Assembly: GCA_951406725.2 (NCBI GenBank)
Contig: CATOCA020000001.1
Span: forward strand, 6,324,001-6,388,000
DNA: 64,000 nt
Source of the DNA: Octopus vulgaris
Taxonomy: Eukaryota
Direction: 5' to 3'
In this document: positions 39,642-53,357 of the stretch, one piece after another
How positions within the stretch are numbered: the first letter of the stretch is position 1
Layout of the letters: each line of letters starts with the position of its first letter
Notes under the pieces: model-generated
The model's input: the letters and a program-made list of their open reading frames with translations, nothing else
Database searches by the model: none
Told to the model about the DNA's origin: nothing
Program-made: the position numbers and the translations under genes

Positions 39642-41198
39642 ATACGCTATAAGTCTTTAAATCGTAGTCTTCGTTTCTGCTGGGGCTCTTTCCATAAAGA
39701 AGTTTAGCATATAGCATCTGTTTAGGGATCCTCTGATCATTAATCTAAAGAAAATGTCCAGTCCATCATTATACTCTGTGCTTTTATAATTTGACAATTT
39801 CAACCTCTCTTCTCTGGGCAACATATTTTCCTCCTTTTGATGCTTTTAAAATATGAAAATTACTTTGACAGTCATTGACCAGAACAAGATGAAGATCTCA
39901 GTCAGTAAAGGAATTTGTCTGGGGTCATCAAAGTTTGAAGATACTCTTTTTAGTTTTATAAAGTCACTAAAAGTCTTACGTTTTCTCAATTTAAAGAAAA
40001 CTAACACTTTTATAAATGAGTTTATTGCTACGCATTAAATGTTAAACTAAATTTGCTCCAGCTGGTCTATATAAACAATAACCTATAGCTTTGAACAGCT
40101 TTATTATTTTGTTGTGTATTTACATGGCATATAATGTGTGAATAGAATTTCTCCCCCAGTTATCCAAGCAAAAAATCAGAAACTTATGTTATCAATTTAT
40201 TTAGAATAATTTTGTACAAAGTTTGATACAAAATAATTTTGTTGTGTCTGGGGAGAGTCATTCTCTTTTAGTGCCTTATTATTTAACACACTCACGGTAA
40301 AATTTCGTTTTGCTTTAATAGTAATTATCAATTTCTGAATAAAGTTCCTTTTTATCTAATTTAAATATCTTGATTATTTAATTTGAAAACAATCAGGTTT
40401 GTTCACTTCTATCACAAAAGAATCCAATAAAAAGTGGAGAATACTTATGAATCTTCCTTTCCAATTCCACAAAAGTCTGCTCGGTAGAGCTTCCTGTCAC
40501 ATCTTATAATGTACATAAAGGTCTCATGTGTGTTACTTATTTAATCTTGGTCTCTGCTGTAAGAACTTGAAATCTAATTTCAAATTAAAATAACAGTGGA
40601 GTAATATGAAGGTAAATATTGTAAGGAAGAATTGTACTCTTCCTTTATCTGAAGTTATTTAAAAAGAGGGAGACACTGTGGCTTTTCCACAATCACGTGC
40701 AATTAAAACAACAAATGTTGTGTCAGGATTTTTCAGCACAGCTATTGTTTAATTATAATTTTTTTGATTTATTTTCATATGTATAATAGTGAAGTTTTAT
40801 TTTTACTGACGAAAATTTCAGTAATTGGTAAATAACGAAGGTCATAAAGTAAGAATATAAAATTAAAATATTGTATATTGAACTCAAGACCTGAATTTTT
40901 ATTCAACCACCACCACTTTGGAGAGTCCTGTCTTAAACCACAACAGGACAAAGTGAGATATATCCTTAGATACATCATGTATTATATAGAAATACTATCT
41001 CTATAGGATATATAAAGGGAAAAGACATCAATATATATATATATACCAGGCATTCTACTCTCAGCTAAAAATGAAGGTAGATAACTATCAATATAGCAGA
41101 AGATATTAAAGCTGTCTATATAACAATGGGGTTGTTTAGGGAGGGGATTAGATATACAACAACAGCAACAACAATAAATGAACATTTCAAAGTTTGTC

Positions 41199-41204
41199 TT
41201 TATT
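41199..41204 (-). terminator. Candidate polyadenylation signal of the ankyrin-RING-Death domain gene
   Basis: AATAAA on minus strand about 245 nt after the stop codon. Confidence 0.35.
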
Positions 41205-41446
41205 TTAAATGTGAATTTTTAACAAAGGAGCCAAACCAGTGAATGGATCACTATGTGGCTGATATACCTGCTAGAATTAGCAGCTAAATTCACACGATAT
41301 CACTGTACAGAAGGGCATATTGGACAATGTGGTTGTGGGTTCTCTTTGGAAATAGGCATGATGGTCCTGGCTGGCATGCGTTTGATCATAAGTCTCTGTT
41401 TGGTCAAGGTTAATCTGAGGCTAAACAACAACAGTTACACAGAAAT

Positions 41447-41646
41447 TCACTTTGCGTCTAATGACAGACATTCCATCGCAGCGACACATTCAGCTTCTTC
41501 AAGAGCTGCACGTAATGTTGCGTGTGTCCGTGTTTCTGGGTCGCAATTTTTGAACCATTCGTAAAGAATCTGGTAGCCTTGTTTTACAGTGACATTAGAC
41601 TCATCATCAATTTTCAGTTTAGTTGTATCAACTTCTAAAACAATAA
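41447..41646 (-). CDS. Ankyrin-RING-Death domain gene, last exon (Death domain C-terminal part)
   Basis: TCTTTTGCAG acceptor, phase 1; IVLEVDTTKL...QGYQILYEWFKN...THATLRAALEEAEC...DAK*. Confidence 0.85.
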
Positions 41647-41939
41647 CTGCAAAAGACACAACAATAAGAAATAAATGCAACAACATCAACAATATTAACA
41701 ATAATATAAAAGATGTGTGTTGTTATAAACATAACAAAGAAACTATTTCAAGAGAGAAATATAAAAAAATAGCTAAGAAACAAGAAAAATATAAGACATT
41801 GTTTTCTATTTCTAGGGATGATGAGAAAAATAACAAAGTGGTTAAATTAAAGGTGATTTAAAAAAAAACATTAATTGAAGTTTACACTTGAGAATCTTTT
41901 AAGGTAAACCGATGGCAGATGTGTTTGTGAAGGCAAAAG

Positions 41940-42660
41940 TGTATGAGAACCTAAAGAATCAACATAGGGTACCAACAGGCAAACCATTTGATCCATTCAT
42001 TTCCTCTGCTCAATATTTCTGGGAGAGTTGTGGGGATAGAGTCCCCAGGCATTTCTTCCATAGGGGCCTATCAGATGTAACCATCATTACATATTTTGGT
42101 TGGATTCCCAAGCATCAACAACTAAGTCTATGGATATCATCCAACTATTTAGTGCTTGGTCTACCCCTGGGTCTCCTACTCAATTGGTTTGACTTTGAGA
42201 ACCTGTCTTGTAATTCATTCCTGCGACATTCTGATCACATGTCCTAGGTACCAGAGATGTGAAGAAGTGGCTCAACCTGGAGAGACTCCCAGATCTCTGA
42301 ACTATAAATCCTATTGGGTAACATTACTCCAGAGACCCTTCAGAGAAATCCCATATATCTGTCTTAATCTGGCAGATTTCAGATCTGATATTCAAAGGGT
42401 CATGAAAGTAATGTCTCTCTGTGAAATCAATCACCTTGCAAAGTTCCCAAAATGACACTGAAAATCAAATGAATAATGATAGACCAACAGTCGATTATTC
42501 TCAGTCAAATTCAATCCTTTTTGAATCTACTCCAGATTCAATCAATTCTCCTGAACCCATTCAGTTATTCTTATGTCTCAGTGAGAGAGAGAGACCAGCC
42601 ATGGTCTGGCTTCACTTGTGAATATTCATTTTCTGTCAAATTTCTTTAAAGCCATTCTCT
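41940..42660 (-). mobile_element. Degraded RTE-like LINE 3' fragment
   Basis: GHVIRM...RPRGRPSTK-LDDI on minus strand. Confidence 0.6.
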
Positions 42661-42819
42661 CTTTTTGGATGTGGGGAATATGATATGATTTGGCTGTGTC
42701 ACCCCTATACTAAGTCTGTTTTTACTGAAGCATTTACAAACATATGTCATGTGGTAAAGTCATTTCAATATGGCAATATAAAGAGAGAATACCAAACTAA
42801 TTCCCTATGGATACCGTAT

Positions 42820-43114
42820 TTATTACAACGAGTGGCTTGTAAACGTATCTAACGAGCGAAAGTGAGTAAATAAACGACATATTTTATAACCCATACTAAA
42901 TTCTTCACGTTTAGTTGTTACTTATGAATGACAAAAGTAGTGCCGTCACCGGGACCTCGGTCATCACCATGAATTGACCAATCAGAAGCAGCGCTGTCAC
43001 CGTTACCTCGGGTCATCACCATGGATTGACCAATCAGAAGCAGCGCTCGAGTATCTGACATATGTTAGATACCAAAAATATCTCAAAGTGTTCTCAATCA
43101 CATGTGTGTAATAA
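42820..43114. mobile_element. Short non-autonomous DNA element (Crypton-like ends) with internal tandem repeat
   Basis: TTATTACA/TGTAATAA termini; two copies of GTCATCACCATG-ATTGACCAATCAGAAGCAGCGC. Confidence 0.45.
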
Positions 43115-43485
43115 TTGCAATTATCACTTTCAAACACAATAACCCAATCCCTAATGGCTTCAAGAAGACCCTAACTCATGGTCTTTTGATGGAGTAAAGA
43201 CGAACCAAAAACGTTGTCATTAACTCAGCTGTTTACCCTCAACATATTTTTCTTCTTTCTTCCTATATTAAATGCTACTTGTATTTTCTTGTGTATCCAT
43301 AATTACCAACCTCAGAGGATACTTTATGAAATACCAGTAATATCATTAATAGAATTTATTTTGCAGCTAACCATTCCACTGGAAATTAGGAATGTAACCT
43401 GTTCTCTTTCATCCTGACAAATGAAATAGCTCAGGTGAATGTAAAATTTATAGAAATCAATTAGGTAGTGTAATTTTATACTCAC

Positions 43486-43557
43486 CTACTTGCCACCAAT
43501 CTCTTCCTAACCTCTTAGCCACTCTCAGAAGATCTTTCTCCTTCAGCTGTGGACTCC
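43486..43557 (-). CDS. Ankyrin-RING-Death domain gene, 72-nt exon (Death domain N-terminal helices)
   Basis: TTTCAG/GTGAGT, phase 1-1; SPQLKEKDLLRVAKRLGRDWWQV. Confidence 0.88.
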
Positions 43558-43792
43558 CTGAAATAAATATTTCCAAATTTTATAATTTATACTAAATTTC
43601 TTAATCTTTATTCTTGAGCCATGCTTATCATCAATGGTCAACTGGTGACCACTATGATTTTGGTCAACCTTTTTAATCTATGTAATAGCTCAATATTTTG
43701 GTCCACAACAAAATAGATTCAACTTCTTAAACTTCGTCTCTCTATCAAGACATCCAACATAATCTAACAATGTTGTATTTATCACATTTAAT

Positions 43793-44734
43793 TAGTTAGT
43801 TAGTTAGTTAGTTAGTTAATTTGGTTCAAAAGCAAATAGCAAGGTCATGTAGGGGGACATGGAGTTAAGTACAGGGTGGTGTTCATGTAAAGAGTTCAGG
43901 ACACTAGAGGTCAAGGGAGGCTTTGAACAAAGCGGTCGTCGGCATCTTCACCATCTCGTCTGGCAGCTTGTTCCACGGATCCGCAACCCGGACGGAGAAA
44001 GCTCCTCTCCTTCGATTGAGATGAAATCGTCGCAGGTAGAGCTTTTCGGAATGACCCCGCAGCCGACACTCTGGAGCAGGAGTGAAGAACAGCTCTTTCG
44101 AGAGGTTACACTTTCCGCTTATGATGTTGTGGGCGAGAATGAGATCACCACGGCAGCGGCGTTTTTCAAGAGAATAAAGGTCGAGCGTCCTCAGCCTTTC
44201 TTCATAGGACAAATTTTTGAGACCATGAACCATGCGGGTAGCCAGCTTCTAGACTCTTTCGAGATGCTGTATGTCTTTGAGGAGATAGGGAGAAGAGGCT
44301 TGAATCCCGTACTCCAATATGGGTCTCACCAGCGTGACATAGAGTGGTAGGAATATGGCTGCTGTGAGCATTCCGAATGACCGTCGAATCAAGAACAGAA
44401 TTCCGCGTGCTTTGTTGGCAGCATGGACGCACTGGGCCGAAGGCGAAAAGGAGGAATCCACCAAGATACCCAGGTCCTTTACCTGATCGGTCCTTTCCAG
44501 CAGCAGATGACCCGGCTCGAAATCAAGTTGAGTTGCAGGAGGAGAGCCAACAGGCAGATGACAGCACTTTGACACGTTCAGACACAGGTCCCATTCGTTA
44601 GACCACTTCCAAATTTGGTGGAGGCATCGACGAAGATCCTCTATATCACCGCGAGGAGCGACCAGTTTGATATCGTCGGCAAATAGAAGGGTGTGTTGCG
44701 TGAGGTCGTCGGGCAAGTCATTTATGAAGACCAG
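43793..44734 (-). mobile_element. CR1-clade LINE 3' fragment with (TAAC)n tail, young
   Basis: LFADDIKL, KDLGILVD, LVRPILEY, LSYEERL, RRCRGDLI; a single stop between ORFs 44249-44716 and 43904-44233. Confidence 0.92.
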
Positions 44735-45059
44735 TTGATAAGACTATTTTTCTCACAGTTCTCTATTTCCCTTCTTATATCTGTACCAAACCTGTGACAT
44801 GACTTCACTCACCAACATTTTTCTCATCTTCTGCTTAATTCTAATGTCAAACAAGGTGGTTTCCAAAGACCTAACCACAAATACACGGCAGACAAATTCA
44901 TGTAGGATAAACATACACCTGACATCTTTGTTAAGGGTTGATGTTGGTAATCTTGAATCGTAACTCCGCACATCCCAGTTCACAAGAACATCATCTGATT
45001 CAGGAAATATTTTAAGACTCCTTAATAAAGAAGTTCTTTAAAACCCTTTATTCCCCAAA

Positions 45060-46740
45060 AGTTTTGGCTTATCTATTGCTTATAAGATGTCTTCTTTTTG
45101 TGCTATTATCTCGATGCCTCTACTCTTGTGGGACAATGAGGTAGTGTACCATCACCCTAAACAGTTTCTCTTTAACCTTTGACATGCTTTCTTCTGCTAC
45201 TTTGAATTTCACTTATTTCTGCTGAGCTTTGGCCAATGACGGCAACATTTATTTGCCTTCAACCCTATTCTTGACCAACTAATTAATTAATACAGTCTAT
45301 TCAGAACTATTTGCATATCCTTTTGCTCTGTTGTTTGTGTTGTTATGTCATCCATTAATGTCGTCTTAGGGGACTTCACTCGAGTTATTTCTTCTGATCA
45401 ATCTGCTGATCTAATAAACATTTCCATAACAAGTACAAACAAAATGACTGATATTGTGCAACCCACGGCAATTCCAGTCTCCAGACGATGCGAGTCTGTT
45501 GTGAAATATTCTGTCCTGAAGCGCATTTTGAAATTATTACAGCAACTCTTCATTAGATTCTTAATCTTTTCTCGTATATAAAAGACGTCCGTTGTTTTCA
45601 GCAACAATTCGTGTAGTACAGAACGATAAGCATTAACCTGATCAAGCCATACAACATTCAAATCGCTTTTGTTCTTCTTTGTATCTTGTATCGCATCCCA
45701 GATTCAAAATGCAAGTTCCACACATTCAGGGATTCCGTCTTCTCTCTTTTACTCTTTACTCTTTTATTTGTTTCAGTGAGCTGACTGTGGCCATGCTGGA
45801 GCACCGCTTTTAGTCGAGCATATCAACCCCAGGACTTATTCTTTGTAAGCCTGGTACTTATTCTATTGGTCTCTTTTCTCGAACAAATAAGTTACGGGGA
45901 CGTAAACAAACCAGCATCGGTTGTCAAGTGATGCTGGGGGAACAAACACAGACACACAAACATATACACATACATACATATGTATATATATGCGACGGGT
46001 TTATTTCAGTTTCCGTCTACCAAATCCACTCACAAGGCTTTGTTCGGTCCGAGGCTATAGTAGAAGACACTTGCCCAAGGTGCCACGCAGTGGGACTGAA
46101 CCCGGAACCATGTGGTTTGTAAGCAAGCTACTTACCACACAGCCACTCCTACGCCTTCTGGATACTTTCCGTCCCATAACCATTATTTTGGAGATATGTA
46201 GTTGATCTCTTAGCAAGTACACCCATGTAAATCTTGCCATCTTCGTTCACGGTTGGAATTGTTCTGAACTGGTCGGTCGATTTTCCTTTAGCTCCCTTTG
46301 ATAAGTAAACTCCTTTTACCTTGCATCAGCCATCCAGTTCACCTTTATATCACAACTTCCAAAGTAGTAGGTAATACTTATAACACAATTGGGTATAATG
46401 CTTGTACACTTTCCATAGTACACCATCCCCTCCTGGGGCACTCTTTGCTCTTGTCCTCTTCCCTCAGCTATATACTTGCTTCTTACTGAAATCACCAAGC
46501 TGAAATATTTGATTGCTGGTTTCCTTGGTAATTTCAAACTGTCCATGAGTGGGAATGTTTGATTTCACTTTGTGTCAGTGTAGGACGCCCGTGTCAACCC
46601 GTCTCTTTGCATCTTTGTTGAATTTTAGCTTTCCACTCTTAGTATCTGCAAACTGTTTCTGAGTAACCTCATATGGGTTCTTAGCAAGCTGCTCTCCATA
46701 CCCTTTACTATCCTTTCCTGTTTCAACATGTCTCATATTT
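45060..46740 (-). mobile_element. Degraded Hero/NeSL-like non-LTR element, interrupted by a SINE
   Basis: VVWLDQVNAYRSVLH and GIAVGCTISVILFVLVME RT motifs (45398-45661). Confidence 0.65.
45745..46155 (-). mobile_element. SINE family B, full length
   Basis: Same structure as 38103-38490. Confidence 0.9.
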
Positions 46741-47509
46741 CTTTGAATAAGTTGAAAAGGAACGTTTAAGTTTTTTGAGGACATGACAATCTTTCTAGAA
46801 CATGTGCCACAATAAAATGCACCCAGGACCCTTTATAAAGAGGTCGATGTTAAGAAGGGCATACCACCATAGAAAGGCTGAACTATTTTAGTGAGATGTA
46901 TTCCTCAACAAATGAAGTTGGGCAGTAATTCTCAATAAGAACTGACTTGGACAGTGACCACCCATGGGAATATGGAAATCATAAATGATGAAGGTCATAT
47001 CATTGCATTGTATCTTCAAGCGAGAAAGAGAAACAAGGGTTGTTTCTTCAAGAAAGCAAAGTCTTCTGCTTGGATAAAGACAATGTTCAGTGGATGTAAT
47101 GATAGATTTAGTATCAGTGAAAAACGACAGGGTGTTCACACTTGGAAGGTATTTCATAGTAATTCTGCCACATTATGAAAAGCATCTACCTAAACAACCA
47201 CAATAATAAACAGAAAAAATCATAATTTCCTCACTTGTTTACACTTAAACTACATCACTAGTTTCCTGTGGAAATGATAAAATTAACTCTGTTGTGCCTT
47301 TTTAATCCATTATTACCAACTGTGCTTACCTCGATGGATATTTCATGACCTTTCAGTAATATCCATATCTTTAATACAATTATTTTGCAGCTAATCTTTC
47401 AATTTGAGAGTAAGAATACAACCTGTTTTCAGTTATTCTTTCAAGCACAATATGCCCAGGGTAAGTAAACTTTATAGAAATCAATTGGGAACTGGTATTT
47501 TATACTCAC

Positions 47510-47581
47510 CACCTTGCTTGGATGTAGCCCCTAATAACTGTGCATCTGATTGAACTCCTTTGTCCTCAAACTTTGGAGACA
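47510..47581 (-). CDS. Ankyrin-RING-Death domain gene, 72-nt linker exon
   Basis: CTCTTTCAG/GTGAGT, phase 1-1, open: SPKFEDKGVQSDAQLLGATSKQG. Confidence 0.72.
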
Positions 47582-49184
47582 CTGAAAGAGATATTTCAAG
47601 GTAAAGTATACTAGCCATCTCAATATGGCTAACCACTAAGGGTGGCTGTTACTGTAGCTTGTAGCCCCAGGAGATCATCGTCTCCAGCTGGATTTAGGCA
47701 CACTTTCTGTGCCTTATGATATTTGCAAAGGGAGGTCATCCCTCTCTCGTCAACCTAAGTGATACGCACGGACTGCAGTTTCTAGGTATTTGCCTGTCTT
47801 CGATATTTCAAGGTTTTACATTTAATCGTATTTCTTTAGTATAAATAAACTATATTCTTTTATTGTTAGACATTTCTATCTCCAATGGTCAACTGGTGAC
47901 ACTCTGGGTTTGGTCAAGATTTTTATACTCTCTACAGTGACCCCATGTAATAACTCAGTATTTACGTCCACAACGAAATTGACTGACCGTCCTAAATCTC
48001 CACCATCTATTAAGACATCATACATAATCTAACAATGTTACCGTATTTCATTTAATTATCACTTGATAAAACTGTTTCCCCTTAGTTCTGTCTTTCTTTT
48101 CTTCTATCTGTGTCCAATCTATGACATATCATTGTTGTCTCACTTCTAGATTTCACTAACCAACATTCGTCTTATCTTCTGCTTAATTGTAAAGTCAGGG
48201 AAGTTGGTCATCAAAGATCTAACCACAGACACAACAGACAACTTCAAGTAGGATAAACATACAACTCCTCTCTTTGTTAAACGTTGCTGCTGGTAATCAT
48301 TAATTTTAACTGCCTGCATCACAGTTTAACGGGATGTCAAGTGAAATATTTGAAAACACCCTAAAAAGTTCTTTTTTTAAATGGTGAGCAATGAATAGTT
48401 TTACACAGGTGGAACGGAAGGTGATATCAGGTGTTCTAAAAGACATCACCTCATTAACAACTTATAAGAAACTGTTCATCCATATATTATTACAGTGAAA
48501 ATAACTGAAATGATATACCTGAACAGGTTTTCAAGGAAATAGGGTATCTCTGTTGACCCTATTTTATACAGCAGTCAAAGTTTACCCACTCATTTAATGT
48601 TTCCTCTATGACTGTGGTGGACATCCATGGTTTGAAAACCCAGTCACAAGTAAATTTGAGAACACAAAAGTTACACCATTAAATGACAGAGACTGTCTTT
48701 CAGATGCCAATATAAAAAGAACATTACGAGGAACATGTAACTCTACTTACATCCCACACCATCAACACTACTATGTCATTTGTCCCTTATGCTAATTAAG
48801 ATTAACTAATTAAAAAAGGTCATTATCATGCTTTATGAAATAGATTTAATTAGTGTCGCATATATAAAGAAATATGTTTCACAACATACTGTTTGATACG
48901 GAATGAAAGCAGAACAATAACATCTGAACTTTACTGGACGTTGGATGTCAATAATCCCAAATTGTAGGGATATGGTCCAATACCCAAGAAAACAATAGAA
49001 ATCCATAGAGGGTAGCACAATGTAAAATCTTAGATGAGGGCAGAAGATGATGCTATGACAAAATAAGGTTACATTTCAGAGATAAAAGCATTGAGTACTG
49101 GTGTGGACGTAATCACCTTACCCACTGCCCCAAACTGGCTGGCATTAAGCTAACGTTTCAAATCAGTTTTCTTATACATATTAA

Positions 49185-49400
49185 AGCGGGGAACTGGCAG
49201 AATCGTTAGCACATTGCCCCAAATGCTTAGAGGCATTTCTTGAGGTTTAATGTTCTGAGTTCGAATTCTGCCTTGGTTGACTTTGCTTTCATCCTTTAAG
49301 GGCGGATAAAATAAGCAGCAGTTGAGCACTGGGGGTGATTAAATTAAATACCCCCTACATCGAGCTCTCTGGCCTTGTGTCAAAACTTTAAAATCAATAT
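49185..49400 (+). mobile_element. SINE family A
   Basis: CTGGCAGAATCGTTAGC head, GAGTTCGAATTC, GACTTTGCTTTCATCC core. Confidence 0.8.
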
Positions 49401-49523
49401 TCTTATACCGAGTTTATAATATATTTTTTGTTGTTTTATGACCCCAATATGTATTCAAATCAGAGATGTTCTTGGTAGATACCCCAGTGAGAAGCAACAT
49501 GTTACGACAAATATCTCACTAGG

Positions 49524-49554
<31 letters not shown>

Positions 49555-49751
49555 AACCTATCGGGAAACAGTGCCCAGGACTTGGGAGAGAAATAGATAA
49601 AAACTTTCTCATCAACTCACCTGTTTACACACCATCAACAACATACTTTCCTCCCCTGTTCCAAAAGACAATATCAACTCTGTTGTGTCTTCTAATAAAT
49701 CCATTTTACCAATCATGTTACCCTTGATTTTAGGAAACTTCAGTAATATCT

Positions 49752-50152
49752 TTACTATTTTACTCTTTTACTTGTTTCAGTCATTTGATCGTTGCCATGC
49801 TGGAGCACCGCCTTTAGTCAAGCAAATCGACCCCAGGACTTATTCGTTGAAAGCCTAGTACTTACTCTATCGGTCTCTTTTGCCGAACCGCTAAGTTATG
49901 GGGACATAAACATACCAGCATCGGTTGTCAAGCGATGTTGGAGTGACAAACACAGACACACAAACATATATACACACATACATATATGTATACATATATA
50001 CGATGGGCTTCTTTCTGTTTCCGTCTACCAAATCCACTCTGAAGGCTTTGGTCGGCCCGAGGCTATAGTAGAAGACAATTGTCCAAGGTGCCACGCAGTG
50101 GGAATGAACCCGGAACCATGTGGTCGGTAAGCAAGCTACTTACCACACAGAC
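49752..50152 (-). mobile_element. SINE family B, full length
   Basis: Same structure as 38103-38490. Confidence 0.9.
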
Positions 50153-50602
50153 ACTTTTTAATAGAATTACTTTACAGTTAAACTTTCAAAAACGCAATTT
50201 TTTACATTATTGAGAGACATTCCTTCCTTGCAATGGTCAATTGGTAACCATTATGATTTTGGTCCACATTTTTCTAGTTTCTGTTCACCTGTTTACCCCT
50301 AAACAACAACATATCTTAGTTCTTGGTTCCAAAAGACAATATTAACTCTATTGTGTTTTCTAATTTATCCATTTTTCCATCCAAGGCAACAAAGATTTTA
50401 TGAAATTTCAGCGATATATTTCATCGACTCCTTTTGCAGCTAACATTTCAAATGGAGATTAGAGATGGGCCCTGTTCTCAGTCCTTCTGACAAACAAAAC
50501 AGCTCAGGGAGTGGAGAATTTATAGGAATCAGTTAGGTACATTGATTTCTATAAATTTTTCAATCGCTTGTGTTTTATGGCAACGAATTGGTCATAGCAA
50601 GT

Positions 50603-50810
50603 GGAGGCGCAGGGCTTAATGGTTAGGGTATTTGACTCATGATTGTAAGATTGGGGTTTCGATTCCTTCACCAGGCAATACGTTGCGTTCTTGAGCAAAA
50701 CACTTCCGTTCACTCAGCTGGCAAAAATAAGTAATCTTACAGCGAACTAGTGCCCTGTTCAGGGAGGAATGTATACGCTAGAGAAACCGGGAAACCAACC
50801 CTATGCCTCT
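50603..50810 (+). mobile_element. SINE family C
   Basis: GGAGGCGCAGGGCTTAATGGTTAGGG head, TTCTTGAGCAAAACACTT, TTCACTCAGCTG. Confidence 0.75.
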
Positions 50811-50850
50811 TATGGGATAATATAATTAGGTACAGTTATTTCATACTCAC

Positions 50851-50901
50851 CAACTGGTCCTGCCACCATCTGGACTTCCATCTTTGACGAATTTGGACCA
50901 A
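50851..50901 (-). CDS. Ankyrin-RING-Death domain gene, 51-nt linker exon
   Basis: TTTTTCAG/GTGAGT, phase 1-1, open: GPNSSKMEVQMVAGPV. Confidence 0.7.
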
Positions 50902-51394
50902 CTGAAAAATACATTTCAAAGTGGTTTTAGTAAAATTTCTTTATCCTTTCTAATAATCGATATTTTATTATTGTGAGACATTCGTGTCATCACTGATGAC
51001 AACATGCTTTTGGAGAACATTTGTATGCTTTCTACAGTGGGGCCAAGAAATGGTTCACTATTTGAGTCCACAACAGAATAGACCACACTTAACAACCCTT
51101 CTCTGTCTCTTAAGTCATCCAACAATTCTAACAATTCTGAAATTATCTCATTTAATTATCCCCTAATAACCGATTGTCTCTTAGCTTCGTTTTGGTTTTC
51201 TTATGTTTGTGCCAGATCTATGACAAGACATCTCTAATCAACATTCGTCTCATCTTCTGCTTAAATCCAGTGTCAACCAAGTTGAGCATCGAAGTCCTAG
51301 CCTCAAACACGACACACCACTTCCAGACGGATATATATCTATATCTATCTACTTGTTTTGCAAGATTTTTGATGTGAAATCGTGTGTTGAAACA

Positions 51395-51892
51395 GATATT
51401 GTTGTATTTAGGAATGGTCATTTTGCCAGTTTTGCGAATAAAAACACACGCACTATATATTTAGTGTTACTTTGCTTCAGCGTTATCTATTTTTTACTTT
51501 AATCTTAATCTTATTTCGGCAAGAGTTCTTTCATCACACTCCTGTGACCTCATCAGTGGTCCTTTGCTTTCTTCTTTCTTATTTGTGTGTCTCTCCTTAC
51601 TAACCATCAGCCTTTTGTATTTTGTATTCCTATTGTACGTGTCCTCATTTGTGCATGCGTATACCTCTATGTGTGTCTATGTTTAGTTAGTGTGCGTGGG
51701 GGGTGAAGTGCCTGTAATATTTGTATCTTCTGTTTATATACGTACGTGTAATTTGTTTTTGTTTTTGGCCGAAATAAGATTAAGATTAATTAAAAAATAA
51801 ATAAGACTGAAGCAAAGTAACACCAAATATATAGTGCGTGTGTTTTTATTGGCTAAACTGGCAAAATGACCATTCCCAAATACAACAATATA
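51395..51892. mobile_element. Inverted-repeat element with about 125-bp arms and a degenerate hammerhead motif
   Basis: 51395-51520 is the reverse complement of 51768-51892; minus strand CUGAUGA-GGUCAC...GUGAU-GAAA at about 51520-51560. Confidence 0.7.
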
Positions 51893-52782
51893 TCTATCTA
51901 TCTATCTCTCTCTCTCTCTCTCTCTCTATTATATATATAATATATATATATGTATATATATATATACACTTGCTCTCTTTGTTATTGGTTACTACTAGTA
52001 ATCTTTAATTTTAATTACCCACATCACAGTTCTCCAGAATGTAATCAGATGTGGGGAAATATCTGAAGATATTTCAATGTCATTCATCCTCCTGAATAAA
52101 GCAGGTCGAACAGAAAGTGACATCAGGTCTAACAGGAAGTGATATCTCGTGTCCTAAATTAACACACTACATTCACACAAAACCTCATTAACGACATAAA
52201 ACTTGTCATCCACACATTATTGCTGTGAAAATATTTGAAACGGTTCAGAAGAACTGATACTCGGGAATACTAATCTATACATCAATCAAAGTTTCCCACC
52301 CTTTTGATGTCCCCTCTCTAATGTTGGTCCCTAAACCCTCAGTTGAGATTTTCTTATTGAGTCTCCTATTTTATAAAAGCTCACTCTGATATTCATATAA
52401 ATGCAGTTGTTTTTAATTATCAGCTTCCGAAGATATTGATAAATCATTAATCACTCTAATCACACACAAGATGTCGGTATTTACTGATAGAACCTTGGTG
52501 ATTTATTGGTATTTAGTCACCATTTATAATTCAGTATTCTTTATTATTTTTATGTTGCAGAAAGTAACCATCTTGAAGTGTGACAAGTCTTCTAATTGGA
52601 CAAGAACAATGTTTAGTGGGAGTAGTGAGAGACATAATATGACAGAGAAAAGACACCTGGAACATCTTTTATCAAAAGTGTGCTTGATTAAGGCAGAACT
52701 GGATCTACACAACAACATGAAATACAATATTCCACACCATAAAGCCCATGAGACAAACAGACAGATCATAGAGTATTCTTAC

Positions 52783-52925
52783 CCAAACTATTTTTGCTCG
52801 TTATCTTCTGTCCACACTTGAGGCATTGTTTAGGTATCTTTGGGGGACAGCATTTCTTACACAGCGAAAGATGTTTACATGGAAAGAACGTCTCTGTGGC
52901 CACTTCGTCTTCACAAAACACACAT
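52783..52925 (-). CDS. Ankyrin-RING-Death domain gene, RING finger exon (C3HC4, Mind bomb/IAP type)
   Basis: CCTCAG/GTAAGA, phase 2-1; CVFC-x11-CKH-x3-CKKC-x8-CLKC. Confidence 0.9.
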
Positions 52926-52996
52926 CTGAGGAACAAAAACATGAACACATCCCATTAATAACATTCATTTATAACAAATATTACATTGTGTGCATA

Positions 52997-53129
52997 TTTA
53001 CAGTAGAGAATATTATGCGACACCACAATTAAACAATTACATATGGGCGAATTTGTGAGTATATAAATGCAGACACAGACACACACACAAACACACGCAC
53101 AAACACACACGCACACATAGACACACACA

Positions 53130-53203
<74 letters not shown>

Positions 53204-53326
53204 AATGGACACAAATATTAATAAATATATGTCATAACATTGATACATCACAAAAAGTGATTTACGCAAAGTGAACAACATATATTCCAGAAATATAATT
53301 CACTTATATACATACACATACACACA

Positions 53327-53357
<31 letters not shown>

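Noticed and set aside
46954-52821. Similar plus-strand ORFs at 46954 and 52471 (KSS-W--TMFSG)
   Set aside because: Explained by the intronic segmental duplication; no recognisable domain
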